Assembly: GCA_001773575.1 (NCBI GenBank)
Contig: MEXB01000009.1
Location: 7,441 to 71,440, forward strand
Reading direction: 5' to 3'
DNA length: 64,000 nucleotides
Source of the DNA: Candidatus Adlerbacteria bacterium RIFOXYC1_FULL_48_26
Lineage (GTDB): Bacteria > Patescibacteriota > Minisyncoccia > Phycocordibacterales > SBAW01
The translations under genes were made by a program, and so were the position numbers. Within the stretch, counting starts at the first letter, position 1. Each line of letters opens with the position of its first letter. The notes below the pieces were generated by a model, which worked only from the letters and a program-made list of their open reading frames with translations, was not told the origin of the DNA and ran no database searches. Shown one piece after another: positions 36,125-46,742 of this stretch.

Positions 36125-37798
36125 CTAGGACGAGATGTCCGTCGTTTCCAGGGCAACACCGCGGACATCCTGGAAACGGCGACGGAATGCAGCAATCGAC
36201 TCAGCCAACTCTGTATTTTTTAGCAACGCGAGGACGCCCGCAGTTACCGAAAGCCCAAGAATGCCTGCACATGCTCCTTGTAGCACCAAAAGCCCGGTCG
36301 TATTAATGGTGCCTGCAATACCTGTCTCCATAAGAAATAGATACGACACGCCGCCTCCAATAACTGATGCAGAAAAGCTTTGGAATATAAGACGAGAGAT
36401 ACGTATACGAGGAATTTTAAAATCACGCATAAACACAAAAAGTCCTATGAAAAACTCTGCAACAGAACCCAGGCAGTATCCAAAGGCCAACACCAGCACT
36501 ACTGTGCCCGGAACATCGCCTACGCGTAACAGTGACTCAACAAAGTGGCGGACAAACTCATTATTTTGGAATACCCACAAACAGCCCAAAGCAGATAGGA
36601 CGGAGATAAGGATATCGCTAAGACCAAAGTAGAGAGGTTTTTTGCTATTACCCGCTGCGTAGTATGCGCGCGCGATAAGCATAGATACCGACTGTGCCGC
36701 GAGCGAAATAATAAATAGTGCGAGTGCGGCTGCAGTAAGACGTGTTGCGCTCCAATCAAAGGCGCCAGCGCCCAAAACCACACGCACCAATTGCGCGCGG
36801 AACACGATGAAGAAGATTGTTGCAGGAATACACCAGAAGAAGATATGCCGAAGTGCAGTTTCCACATACTTAACAAATTCTCCATGGTCCCCCATCGCAT
36901 GCAGACGAGCCAGTGTTGGAAACGCGGCGACAGAGTATGAGACGCCGATGATGGTCAGCGGAACTGCCTGTAAGTTGTATGCAAACATAAATACAGAGAT
37001 GGAGCCCGCGGAGAAGAACGATGCAAGCGCTATCAAAATAAGGAGTGAAATTTGGGTCGCGGACAACGCAAGCGTTCGAGGGATAGAGAGAGTAAGTACA
37101 GCAACCATCTCACGCAAACCTTCCTTAAACGGCAGCCTGTGTGGGATTTTCTCTGCAGTGAAGAACGGAATCTGCAACGCGCAGTGCATAGTCGCACCAA
37201 GCACCACGCCCCACCCAAGGCCAGCGAGCCCCATGTGTGGATACAGTGCAATTACGCCAAAGATAATTCCGAAGTTGTACAGCAGCGGAGAGATAGAATA
37301 GAGAAAAAATCTATGTCGCAACTGCGTAAGGCTCCCTAGAATGTTCGACGCACCAAGAAGGATAGGCTGCAACAACAAGATGCGAACAAGTAACACAAGC
37401 TGTGGATCGTTAATACCAGGCACAACAAGCGGCACAATCCATGGCGCAAGCAAGAACACAACAAGTGATATGGCGCCCATTCCCACAAAGAATATGAGCA
37501 AACATTGTTCGAGGAACGAGATCATGTACCCTTCCTTTTCACGCTCCAGCCGTGTTAACACTGGCAACAGCGCATACAACGAAAGCAGCGACGCAATAGT
37601 TGCGAAAAGAAAGTCTGGGATACGGAACGCTGCGTAGTAGAGGTCAAGCGTGTGTGACGCACCAAACTCAGCAGCAAGCAGGCGGTCGCGCACAAGGGCC
37701 AATAGCTGTGAACAAAGGGCAAAGAACGCAAGAAGATACGCGGCCTCATGCATGCCGCGTATCTCTTTGCCAAACATCGTTAACAGAGACCGTACCAT
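36125..37798 (-). CDS. murJ: Lipid II flippase MurJ (MviN family)
   Basis: 557 aa, ~14 TM; N-terminal SQLLALVRDRLLAAEFGAS...YYAAFRIPDFLF characteristic of MurJ. Confidence 0.8.
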   Translation of the reverse strand: MVRSLLTMFGKEIRGMHEAAYLLAFFALCSQLLALVRDRLLAAEFGASHTLDLYYAAFRIPDFLFATIASLLSLYALLPVLTRLEREKEGYMISFLEQCLLIFFVGMGAISLVVFLLAPWIVPLVVPGINDPQLVLLVRILLLQPILLGASNILGSLTQLRHRFFLYSISPLLYNFGIIFGVIALYPHMGLAGLGWGVVLGATMHCALQIPFFTAEKIPHRLPFKEGLREMVAVLTLSIPRTLALSATQISLLILIALASFFSAGSISVFMFAYNLQAVPLTIIGVSYSVAAFPTLARLHAMGDHGEFVKYVETALRHIFFWCIPATIFFIVFRAQLVRVVLGAGAFDWSATRLTAAALALFIISLAAQSVSMLIARAYYAAGNSKKPLYFGLSDILISVLSALGCLWVFQNNEFVRHFVESLLRVGDVPGTVVLVLAFGYCLGSVAEFFIGLFVFMRDFKIPRIRISRLIFQSFSASVIGGGVSYLFLMETGIAGTINTTGLLVLQGACAGILGLSVTAGVLALLKNTELAESIAAFRRRFQDVRGVALETTDISS

Positions 37799-37807
37799 GA
37801 ACCTATA

Positions 37808-40117
37808 TTACTGCGAAATTGGAGCTTTTTCTCTATCCTCTGGGTTTGAGGTAACTGGTGGCGTTGCCCCATCAAACGGAGGCTTACCTGCCTCCAAGTT
37901 AGCTAAGATAAGTTTCACTTCAGCATTGTCAGGGTTCGTAGCAACGAGATCTTTGAACTGTTGTATTGCCTCAGGTGTTTTCTTGAGCGCAGCATACGTC
38001 AGACCAAGGAAGTACTTTGCGTTTGCGTAGTCTGTCTGTAGTGAGACTGCTTTTTCAAGCGCAGGAGCAGCGTCGCTCATGTTGTTGTTTGAGTAGTACA
38101 GGAGACCAAGTTGAAACCATATAGACGCAACACCTGGAGCACTGTTTACTGCGGCTTTTGCAGCAACGATCGCATTAGGCATATCTTTTTCTGCAACATA
38201 CATCTGGACCGCAAACAATATTGCATCTGTGTAATCCTGTTTAAGTGTAAGTGCCTGTGTAAGCGCATCGTTTGTTGCTTGTTTATTTTTTTGTCCATAC
38301 TCAAGACGTGCAACTGCCAATGGAATCTCTGGATCCAGTGGGTTGTGTGTCTGCGCTGATGCGTAGAATTGTTTTGCTTGAGTATACGCACCTTCTACCC
38401 CAACACCTGCAAGCAGGTCATAGATTCTCGCAAGGATGAAGTGTGCACGGAAGTCGTTGGGGTTTGCTTGTATGCCCTGCTGGCCGAACAAAACAGTAGT
38501 TTGCGCAAGCGCAGTGAACTGCTGTTGTAGTTCTGTGCTTGGTGTTGAGGTCGATTGTGCCAACTGTTGCATTGCAGAGAGACCTGCCTGTGCTGCAAAT
38601 TGCAACGAGTCTCCTGTTTTCTCAACTGAAAGCGCCGCATTTGCTTTATTAAGAGCACCATTAACATCGCCGCTTCCGAGCGCAATAGCACCTTGGTTAA
38701 CATTCTTTTCTGTAATGAAGCGACGCACAACAGATGCTCCTGCAACAGCTACTACTACTAGTACGACAATGAGTACTCCGAGTGCAATACGCTGCATCAA
38801 CAGGGAGACTGTAGAATTTTCTGGATTTGCATCGCTCTTCATCGAGAACGCAAACGATGCGCCAGACAGAGCGAGTGCAAGAAGAAGAATGTTCTGGTTT
38901 GGAGTATATACGAACGCCGCAATCCACAGATAGAGGCTAGCGCTCGAGCACATAACCATTGCTGTCTGTTCATACCAATTGAACGATTCGCGGCGGCGCA
39001 TAACCTGTATAAGCCCTAAAAGAACGAGGATCAACGGTATGCACCACGCGAGCATACCTACAACACCAACTGTTCCAAGCGCAGTTGTAAATGTGCTGTA
39101 GCCAGAACTGAAACTAAGATTCCAGAATTGTGACTGGTTAATAGCTGCTGGTTTGTGCAAAGACCATTCATTGTTGAACGTGCCTGGACCAGTACCTACC
39201 AAAAACTCTTTCATTGACGCTTCGTGTGACAAGCGAACAACTTCGAGTGTTGTACCAAACGAAGGTCGGATTTCGAACGACGAAACTGGAAATACTTTTA
39301 CCAAGCCTGACTGGATTCCAGCTCCCCACACCAAGAAGAAGATGGAGACGACGCCTGCAACAATGGAGACCTTTGGTAATTTTTTATTTGTTACGAAAGA
39401 CCATGTGCCAACTATAAACATCATTCCAAGGAGTAATGCCCAGACAGCTGAGTATTGCACGAGCGCTAAAAAGAGCGTTACAACAAGCGCTACACTCATG
39501 AGCCCAATGCGACGACCCATAGATAGAGGTACGCATTCAATAACTATAAGAAGCACCAAGAGGCATACGCCCGCCAACAACCCCAAGTCATTCCACTTGC
39601 CAACCAAGTTTACGGAAGCGTCAGAGAATACCGCTGGCAATATTTTTGTTCCAAAAAATATATTGATGAACTGGAACAGAATTGCGAAGCCTGCTGCAAG
39701 CGAGACACTTGCCAACAATAGGCGCACTGAGCCAAGGCGGCGGAATAGGAAGAAAGATATCAAGAATGTAAATGCTGCAATGACTGTGAAGCAGACAGTG
39801 TCTGTTTCAATAGAGTATCCAAACAGACCAACAGAACGGTCGGCTGATACAAGGTAGGAGAAAAGGTAGACAATAGGTAGAAGCAGAACGAGCCACGCGG
39901 CGCGATATCCCTTCTTTCCAACTACGCCTCCCAACCCTCCCCCTACTACAAAGAGAAGGCCGGCAACAAGTATAAAAAATGCTGCGACTGCTAATTTACC
40001 CAGCTGCAAAGGGAACCACGGTGTTGGAACGAGACTAATAAGAGAGAGAACGAGGCCAGCCATATAGGCGTAGCGTGCCCATACGAGGAGGGGCAATTTT
40101 TGCAGATACGTTTGCAT
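37808..40117 (-). CDS. O-antigen ligase (Wzy_C-like) polytopic membrane domain fused to C-terminal TPR repeats
   Basis: 769 aa; ~12 TM N-terminal region, periplasmic loop, C-terminal TPR-like repeats (A-x-Y-x-x-A, YxLGLxYxxxxxxxxAxxxxxKA). Confidence 0.65.
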   Translation of the reverse strand: MQTYLQKLPLLVWARYAYMAGLVLSLISLVPTPWFPLQLGKLAVAAFFILVAGLLFVVGGGLGGVVGKKGYRAAWLVLLLPIVYLFSYLVSADRSVGLFGYSIETDTVCFTVIAAFTFLISFFLFRRLGSVRLLLASVSLAAGFAILFQFINIFFGTKILPAVFSDASVNLVGKWNDLGLLAGVCLLVLLIVIECVPLSMGRRIGLMSVALVVTLFLALVQYSAVWALLLGMMFIVGTWSFVTNKKLPKVSIVAGVVSIFFLVWGAGIQSGLVKVFPVSSFEIRPSFGTTLEVVRLSHEASMKEFLVGTGPGTFNNEWSLHKPAAINQSQFWNLSFSSGYSTFTTALGTVGVVGMLAWCIPLILVLLGLIQVMRRRESFNWYEQTAMVMCSSASLYLWIAAFVYTPNQNILLLALALSGASFAFSMKSDANPENSTVSLLMQRIALGVLIVVLVVVAVAGASVVRRFITEKNVNQGAIALGSGDVNGALNKANAALSVEKTGDSLQFAAQAGLSAMQQLAQSTSTPSTELQQQFTALAQTTVLFGQQGIQANPNDFRAHFILARIYDLLAGVGVEGAYTQAKQFYASAQTHNPLDPEIPLAVARLEYGQKNKQATNDALTQALTLKQDYTDAILFAVQMYVAEKDMPNAIVAAKAAVNSAPGVASIWFQLGLLYYSNNNMSDAAPALEKAVSLQTDYANAKYFLGLTYAALKKTPEAIQQFKDLVATNPDNAEVKLILANLEAGKPPFDGATPPVTSNPEDREKAPISQ

Positions 40118-40159
40118 GGAGACAGTATAACGCGCAAACGCCCCCGCTAGGCGAGGGCG

Positions 40160-40544
40160 TCCACATATCTGCGCGCGCGTATGTAAGCCGAATTCTGTTT
40201 TGCAGAATGTAATTTATCTGGGCCTGTCCTCGCGGACAGGCTCGAGCGGCTCCCAATCCCAACTAATGTTGGGAAGTACGGCCTTGCACCCAAGTAAGGA
40301 TTTTGCCGTTTCACCCGAACTAAATCGGTTCGTCACTGTTCGCACCTCTCTCGCCCGCAAAAAGCGAGTGACAGGGATTACCCACGCAAAGCAAAGTTAC
40401 CCTTGCCGCGTGGCCCCGAGATAAAATCAGAGATTTTATTTTTCGGGGCTGCTACCTTGTTAACCCTACGATTGCTCGAGGGTGGGTGTTCGGACTTTCC
40501 TCCCCTCAACTTTCATTGAGGAGCTACATTCCAACGCGCTGATA
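40160..40544 (-). ncRNA. rnpB: RNase P RNA (bacterial type)
   Basis: Minus-strand reading contains P3 hairpin CCUCAA-UGAAAG-UUGAGG, P4 5' strand GGAGGAAAGUCCGAAC, GGUGAAA / GGUGCAAG motifs and P4 3' strand ACAGAAUUCGGCUUACA; ends approximate. Confidence 0.75.
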
Positions 40545-41012
40545 TTATTGTACCACAATTTTTTGCCCTATGGCAATACCTCGGGCATTTGCATACCCTG
40601 CGGGTACTTCGAGTACGTAACGAACTGGAACATCAGAAGGAAATGTTTGCGGAGGTTGGCGGTCTGTATAACTTTCAGGTGAGGCGTTGCTGACTATCTT
40701 TACGACCGAACCTTCTTCGTCGGCAAAAATCATATCAATAGAAAAATTCATATCTTTCATCCAGAACCCAACCTTACGCGCCGGGTCAAAAATAAACAGC
40801 ATGCCATGGTCGACCTTAAGAGACGTGCGGTCAGATAAACCCTGCTCGCGTTGTTCATCATTTGAGGCAACTTCAACTTGTATAGATGTTTCGCCAATCG
40901 TAATAGTTTTCATAGGTAATCCTGCATTAGGCTGTAACTGCCGATGATTGTATACGTACGCAACCCCTCCAACCAAGAACGACAGAAGAAGTATACCGAC
41001 GGCGTATTTCAT
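40545..41012 (-). CDS. DUF192-family protein (secreted/anchored)
   Basis: Start MKYAVGILLL (signal/anchor); ...DHGMLFIFD...FWMKDMNFSIDMIFADEEGSVV DUF192 pattern; 4-nt overlap with zwf stop. Confidence 0.6.
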   Translation of the reverse strand: MKYAVGILLLSFLVGGVAYVYNHRQLQPNAGLPMKTITIGETSIQVEVASNDEQREQGLSDRTSLKVDHGMLFIFDPARKVGFWMKDMNFSIDMIFADEEGSVVKIVSNASPESYTDRQPPQTFPSDVPVRYVLEVPAGYANARGIAIGQKIVVQ

Positions 41013-42010
41013 ATATGCAGATCTTTCCATGACTCTATAATTGGATCAATAAAACGCCACTGCGCACGGACATCTTCCATAGAAGGAAATAGACTTCTGT
41101 CGCCCTTTATTGCCGCAGAAATAAGCATCTCGTATTCAGGTATTTTATTTGGGGATTCAGATATGGTTATTTCGTTTCCATCTTTCAGTGACAGAGCTAC
41201 TTCTTTAGAAGATTTCTGCATGGCCTTCCCTCCCTCAAGCGTTATAAAAGGAGTGTGGATTTTAAAATATGTTTCAGTTTGGGAACCCGCAGCTACGCCT
41301 GGAATATCTTTGTAACCTGGATATTGAGCACGCACAGTTTCTGCTGGCGTCGGTGTGGGCAATTGCCCCAAGATATGAGCAACTATTTGCAACATATGGT
41401 TTTGTCCCACATCGCGAAGGGCGCCAAGTTGATCGTAGGAAATTCCACGCTTTTCAACTCCAACGGTTTCAAAAAATCGAACATAGATATGAGAAATGCT
41501 TTCTTTTGGAACAGGCAGAGTTTTTAACCCGCGCACCCAATCTTTTGCGAGATAGTGGTCAACAAAAAATATATTCTGTTCAGAAACAATGTATTGAAGT
41601 TGTATATACAACTCTTCGGCCACAGCCCCACTTGTACCAAATGGTTTTTCTATCATTACCCGCGTAACGCCCGCACCCTGCATAGCATTGAACGCCGCTT
41701 TGTATAGCGCAGGCGAAAGTGCCAAATACACGAGCAACTCACCACTCTTAGATATTTCAGATAGCTTAGAAAAAGTTGCGGCGTCTTCTGCCTCTCCTTG
41801 TAAAAAAGTAAAAAGGGACAGAAATGATTCTTCTGCGTGCGGGAGTATTTCTTTGACATAGCTGCGTAATTCAGCGTCGCTCCACGCCTTGCGTGATACG
41901 CCGACAATACGCGTGACTGGCAATTCTCCCCTGCCATACAACCCATGCAGTGCAGGCAAAATCTTAAGTCGCATCAAATCTCCCGTGATTCCGAAAGCAG
42001 CGAAGGTCAT
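41009..42010 (-). CDS. zwf: Glucose-6-phosphate 1-dehydrogenase (short form)
   Basis: Start at MTFAAFGITGDLMRLKILPAL; MIEKPFGTS, FFVDHYLAKDWV, DQLGALRDVGQNHMLQIV motifs; ORF-track N-terminal extension rejected. Confidence 0.75.
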   Translation of the reverse strand: MTFAAFGITGDLMRLKILPALHGLYGRGELPVTRIVGVSRKAWSDAELRSYVKEILPHAEESFLSLFTFLQGEAEDAATFSKLSEISKSGELLVYLALSPALYKAAFNAMQGAGVTRVMIEKPFGTSGAVAEELYIQLQYIVSEQNIFFVDHYLAKDWVRGLKTLPVPKESISHIYVRFFETVGVEKRGISYDQLGALRDVGQNHMLQIVAHILGQLPTPTPAETVRAQYPGYKDIPGVAAGSQTETYFKIHTPFITLEGGKAMQKSSKEVALSLKDGNEITISESPNKIPEYEMLISAAIKGDRSLFPSMEDVRAQWRFIDPIIESWKDLHI

Positions 42011-42148
42011 ACGGACAGTGTACTGTATTTGCGAAAATCTGCGGATAAGCAACCTTGCGCTTCCTCCGATGAGGAATATAGTTATCGAGGCTAGCGTACC
42101 TTTTACAGAAATACAGTCCCTCTTCAATGACTTTCTGGGGAGCGCCAA

Positions 42149-42733
42149 ATGAATGGAACGAATGCACGCGGCAGACTCGCGCTGGTTGACGGAGTATCAC
42201 TCGAAAGATCCCTCTCGACACATGGGATCAATAAAATAGACGCGGATATGCTCCGTAGATTACTGAAGAGTAAAATACCTGGAGCATACGAATTCTTGCA
42301 GAATCCCGTCATTACCATGCACCCTGAGTTGGCCGACGGAGAACTTGGGAGCGCCTTTGTGCGAAAAGGGTTTGAAGTTCTTGGGAGACACAGTCGCGAC
42401 GAGGCCGACGATTACGCGTTGCGCGAACGTATCGAGAACGCAGACCCGGCCAAGATTGGCCAAATCGTTATGGTCAGCTCCGACGCCGGCTACGCTCGAG
42501 CGCTTTTCGAGAAGTGGAAGCAGGGCGTATCTATCTGCTGGTTCGTCGCGGATAGCTGCGACGAGAAAGATGGCGATACACGAATAGGCCGATTGTTGCG
42601 AAAATTTTTCGCTTGCGGAGCATTTACCTGGGTCAGGATGGAGCCTTTTATTGCGTCTTTGCAATATCCTTCCTCGGCCCTAGAAGGCAAGCGCCATCGG
42701 CAAGGGACTCGCCCACACGCACACAGTATGTAA
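42149..42733 (+). CDS. NYN-domain (LabA/DUF88-like, PIN-related) protein
   Basis: 194 aa; LALVDGVSL start of NYN core and IVMVSSDAGYARAL; lone plus-strand gene among minus-strand genes, GC visibly higher. Confidence 0.5.
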   Translation: MNGTNARGRLALVDGVSLERSLSTHGINKIDADMLRRLLKSKIPGAYEFLQNPVITMHPELADGELGSAFVRKGFEVLGRHSRDEADDYALRERIENADPAKIGQIVMVSSDAGYARALFEKWKQGVSICWFVADSCDEKDGDTRIGRLLRKFFACGAFTWVRMEPFIASLQYPSSALEGKRHRQGTRPHAHSM

Positions 42734-42812
42734 GTACGAAACAAGGCGCGGGAGAAATTCCGCGCCTTTTTCTTTAGTATCTCTACCCACAGTATGGGAA
42801 GTAGGTCCCCTA

Positions 42813-43196
42813 CTAGGACAGGTAGGCAAACCAAGAGAGGTAGGCGCCGAGAAGCAGTGCAAAGCCTCCTGCAGCTGGAACAACTTTCGTGTTCAACGCC
42901 CAATCGCCACCAAAGTCGGCAAGTTTAGGAAATGTGACACAGACAATACCCTTAATGAGAGTACCCCACCCTAGGAGAGTCACGAGAACTTGTGGAAGGT
43001 TGCCCCACACATTGTGGGCCATTATCTGCACAATACCTACTGCCATAGCGAACATGCCGAAGAAAAGAACAGCGAATGATTCCTTTTCAAGATCACGATA
43101 GATAGTGACGTAATATTTAGTACTAAAGAAAAACCCGAGACCTATAGCTACAAGTATCGGTCCCCATATTTGGGCCAAAAATATTGTTATTTCCAT
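42813..43196 (-). CDS. Hypothetical 4-TM membrane protein
   Basis: 127 aa, four hydrophobic helices. Confidence 0.5.
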   Translation of the reverse strand: MEITIFLAQIWGPILVAIGLGFFFSTKYYVTIYRDLEKESFAVLFFGMFAMAVGIVQIMAHNVWGNLPQVLVTLLGWGTLIKGIVCVTFPKLADFGGDWALNTKVVPAAGGFALLLGAYLSWFAYLS

Positions 43197-43231
43197 ACCC
43201 TTTATTATAGGGTCTGTTTTAAAACCTCACG

Positions 43232-43573
43232 TTACTTATCCAAAATTCGAAGTGATCTCTTTATAGCCACAAATGCATGTGCCCATAGAAATGGGAGCCA
43301 GATGGGCATAAGACCAAGGAAGCTGCGGCTAAGAAATGTCTCAGCTCCTGTGCTGACAAAGAATCCTTCTGAGATCGTTATAACCACGAAGCCAAAGAAG
43401 AAAGCGAGCAGGTCATTTTTCTCTCTCTTAAAAGACAGGAGCGCGATGCTGAACAGTATGTATATCCCAGCCAAAAGATAATCATTCGACACAAATGGTA
43501 TGAGCCCGATCATCACAACAATCGGAATACAGTAGAAAGCGATTGCTTTAACTTTCTTAAACATGCCGTTCAT
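43232..43573 (-). CDS. Hypothetical 3-4-TM membrane protein
   Basis: Start trimmed to MNGMFKK because ORF-track start overlaps tRNA-Ser. Confidence 0.5.
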   Translation of the reverse strand: MNGMFKKVKAIAFYCIPIVVMIGLIPFVSNDYLLAGIYILFSIALLSFKREKNDLLAFFFGFVVITISEGFFVSTGAETFLSRSFLGLMPIWLPFLWAHAFVAIKRSLRILDK

Positions 43574-43605
43574 TATAAACCCTGCAGACAATATAAAACT
43601 TCGGG

Positions 43606-43690
43606 CGGAGGCGGAGAGATTCGAACTCTCGGTGGGTTGCCCCACACACGCTTTCCAAGCGTGCGCACTAGACCGCTATGCGACGCCTCC
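43606..43690 (-). tRNA. tRNA-Ser (anticodon GGA), long variable arm
   Basis: Minus strand: acceptor GGAGGCG/CGCCTCC, anticodon stem CACGC/GCGTG loop TTGGAAA, long variable arm, T-arm CGAGA-GTTCGAATC-TCTCG. Confidence 0.85.
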
Positions 43691-43786
43691 GTGCTGGAAA
43701 AATATAACACAAATCGTTGATCCCGACTGAAACGTCGGGAAAGAAAATGGCGACCTAAAGAAGGCCGCCATAAAAAAACAGATGAA

Positions 43787-43933
43787 CTAGTTGTCGTTGC
43801 AGGGAATGACGACCTTGGTCTCCGGATCTCTCCAACGTGCAAGACGCTTGTCTCGGATCTCTTTGACCTCCACCGCAATGCGTGGAGAGAGGGCTCTCCG
43901 CGCCCGGATCAGAAATTCTTCTTGCGCTGTCAC
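43787..43933 (-). CDS. Possible small protein (48 aa, GTG start) MTAQEEFLIRARRALSPRIAVEVKEIRDKRLARWRDPETKVVIPCNDN
   Basis: Canonical SD AAGGAGG 8 nt upstream of GTG; not low-complexity unlike overlapping R-rich frames. Confidence 0.3.
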   Translation of the reverse strand: MTAQEEFLIRARRALSPRIAVEVKEIRDKRLARWRDPETKVVIPCNDN

Positions 43934-44050
43934 TACTCACACCTCCTTTTGATTGTCCTCTTTTATATACGCCTCAGGCGCATACAAAGTTTCAGTAGAA
44001 AAGTTTGAGGCGGCTCTCTTTCGAGAAACCGCCTCGGTGAACGTGCGCTG

Positions 44051-44296
44051 CTAGTAAAAGCAGCGTCCGCGCTTGCCCTTGCAGACCGGCGCCCTTTCGA
44101 AGGAGCCGTGCGACGGCGTTTCGGGATAGTCCCGGAACACCGTGGTGTGCGCACTGGCCGCCGGCGCGATCGCGGGCTTGGACGCCTGCATCGACATCTG
44201 CGCCACTTCGACAATCTTGAGGTTGCCGTACATGGCCCGATGAACAGCACGGTCGGCGAGCGTCGGGTCAACAGTATTCAGAACCAAAGTGCCCAT
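44051..44296 (-). CDS. GC3-rich mini-gene P2 (81 aa)
   Basis: SD GGGGAG 7 nt before ATG; perfect consensus promoter upstream; hairpin GAGGCGG...CCGCCTC + T-rich tail after stop; GC-rich codons. Confidence 0.5.
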   Translation of the reverse strand: MGTLVLNTVDPTLADRAVHRAMYGNLKIVEVAQMSMQASKPAIAPAASAHTTVFRDYPETPSHGSFERAPVCKGKRGRCFY

Positions 44297-44347
44297 TGAG
44301 ATTCTCCCCTAGTCAAAGTCCTTCATGCACTGTGCATGATTAGATAT

Positions 44348-44376
44348 ATTATATATCAGGAAACTGTTCCTGTCAA
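44348..44376 (-). promoter_or_regulatory. Perfect consensus sigma70 promoter TTGACA-17-TATAAT (minus strand) with 8-bp inverted repeat ACTGTTCC/GGAACAGT flanking the -35
   Basis: Read on minus strand: cTTGACAggaacagtttcctgataTATAATat; inverted repeat ACTGTTCC-TGTCAA-GGAACAGT spans the -35 hexamer. Confidence 0.7.
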
Positions 44377-44395
44377 GGAACAGTAGGAGTTCCTA

Positions 44396-46045
<1,650 letters not shown>

Positions 46046-46420
46046 TTAGAGAATGTAGCTGATGTTATCTTCGCGAATAAGGTAGTACTCTGTGCCGTCA
46101 ATCTTTACCTCGTCGTATCCGTACTTGTTGAACATAATAGTGTCGCCAACGTTCACTCCAACAGGAATAAGTTCGTTATCATCGCCACGCTTACCAGGAC
46201 CCACAGCAACCACAACACCTTGTTCAGGTTTTTCTTTGCTTGAATCGGGAATAATAATGCCAAAAGAGGTCACCTCTGCAGCCGTTACAGGTTTTACCAA
46301 CACACGGTCGCCATACGGAGTCCCGAGCTTATTTTTTTGAACTACAGGGTTACTCTTCTTTATAAGCTTTTTTGAAACCTTCTTTACTGGTACTTTGACC
46401 TTCTTTTTAGATTTCTTCAT
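46046..46420 (-). CDS. groES: Co-chaperonin GroES with ~30-aa Lys-rich N-terminal extension
   Basis: 124 aa; core LGTPYGDRVLVKPV...GIIIPDSSKEKPEQGVVVAVGPG...VGDTIMFNKYG; N-terminus MKKSKKKVKVPVKKVSKKLIKK. Confidence 0.85.
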   Translation of the reverse strand: MKKSKKKVKVPVKKVSKKLIKKSNPVVQKNKLGTPYGDRVLVKPVTAAEVTSFGIIIPDSSKEKPEQGVVVAVGPGKRGDDNELIPVGVNVGDTIMFNKYGYDEVKIDGTEYYLIREDNISYIL

Positions 46421-46460
46421 AGTGAAAATACTTTACTTGAAATGAGGTTGCGGGGCAAAT

Positions 46461-46715
46461 ATGGCTGTGTTAGGGTTATATCTAATGACGCTCGCAGGGG
46501 TTCTCCCCTACATCCAAATAGTGCTTTCAGTCGCGCTTATCGTGTGCATCCTACTCCAGCAAACTGGGGCTTCTCTTGGTGGCGCATTTGGCGGTGATAA
46601 CTTCAGTGCCGCATACCACACACGCCGCGGCATGGAAAAGTACTTGTTTTGGGCGACTATCGTCATCGGCATCCTGTTTGCCGCATCGGCACTCATCGCT
46701 CTTGTCATTCACTAA
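46461..46715 (+). CDS. secG: Preprotein translocase subunit SecG
   Basis: 84 aa; two TM helices with LLQQTGASLGGAFGG signature. Confidence 0.7.
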   Translation: MAVLGLYLMTLAGVLPYIQIVLSVALIVCILLQQTGASLGGAFGGDNFSAAYHTRRGMEKYLFWATIVIGILFAASALIALVIH

Positions 46716-46742
46716 CTCCCCCGCTAAACGCGGGTAAATTAT

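Noticed and set aside
41009-42148. 46-aa N-terminal extension of zwf (MALPRKSLKRDCISVKG...)
   Set aside because: The canonical G6PD N-terminus (FGITGDLMRLKILPAL) begins at the internal Met. The extension is not typical of the family.
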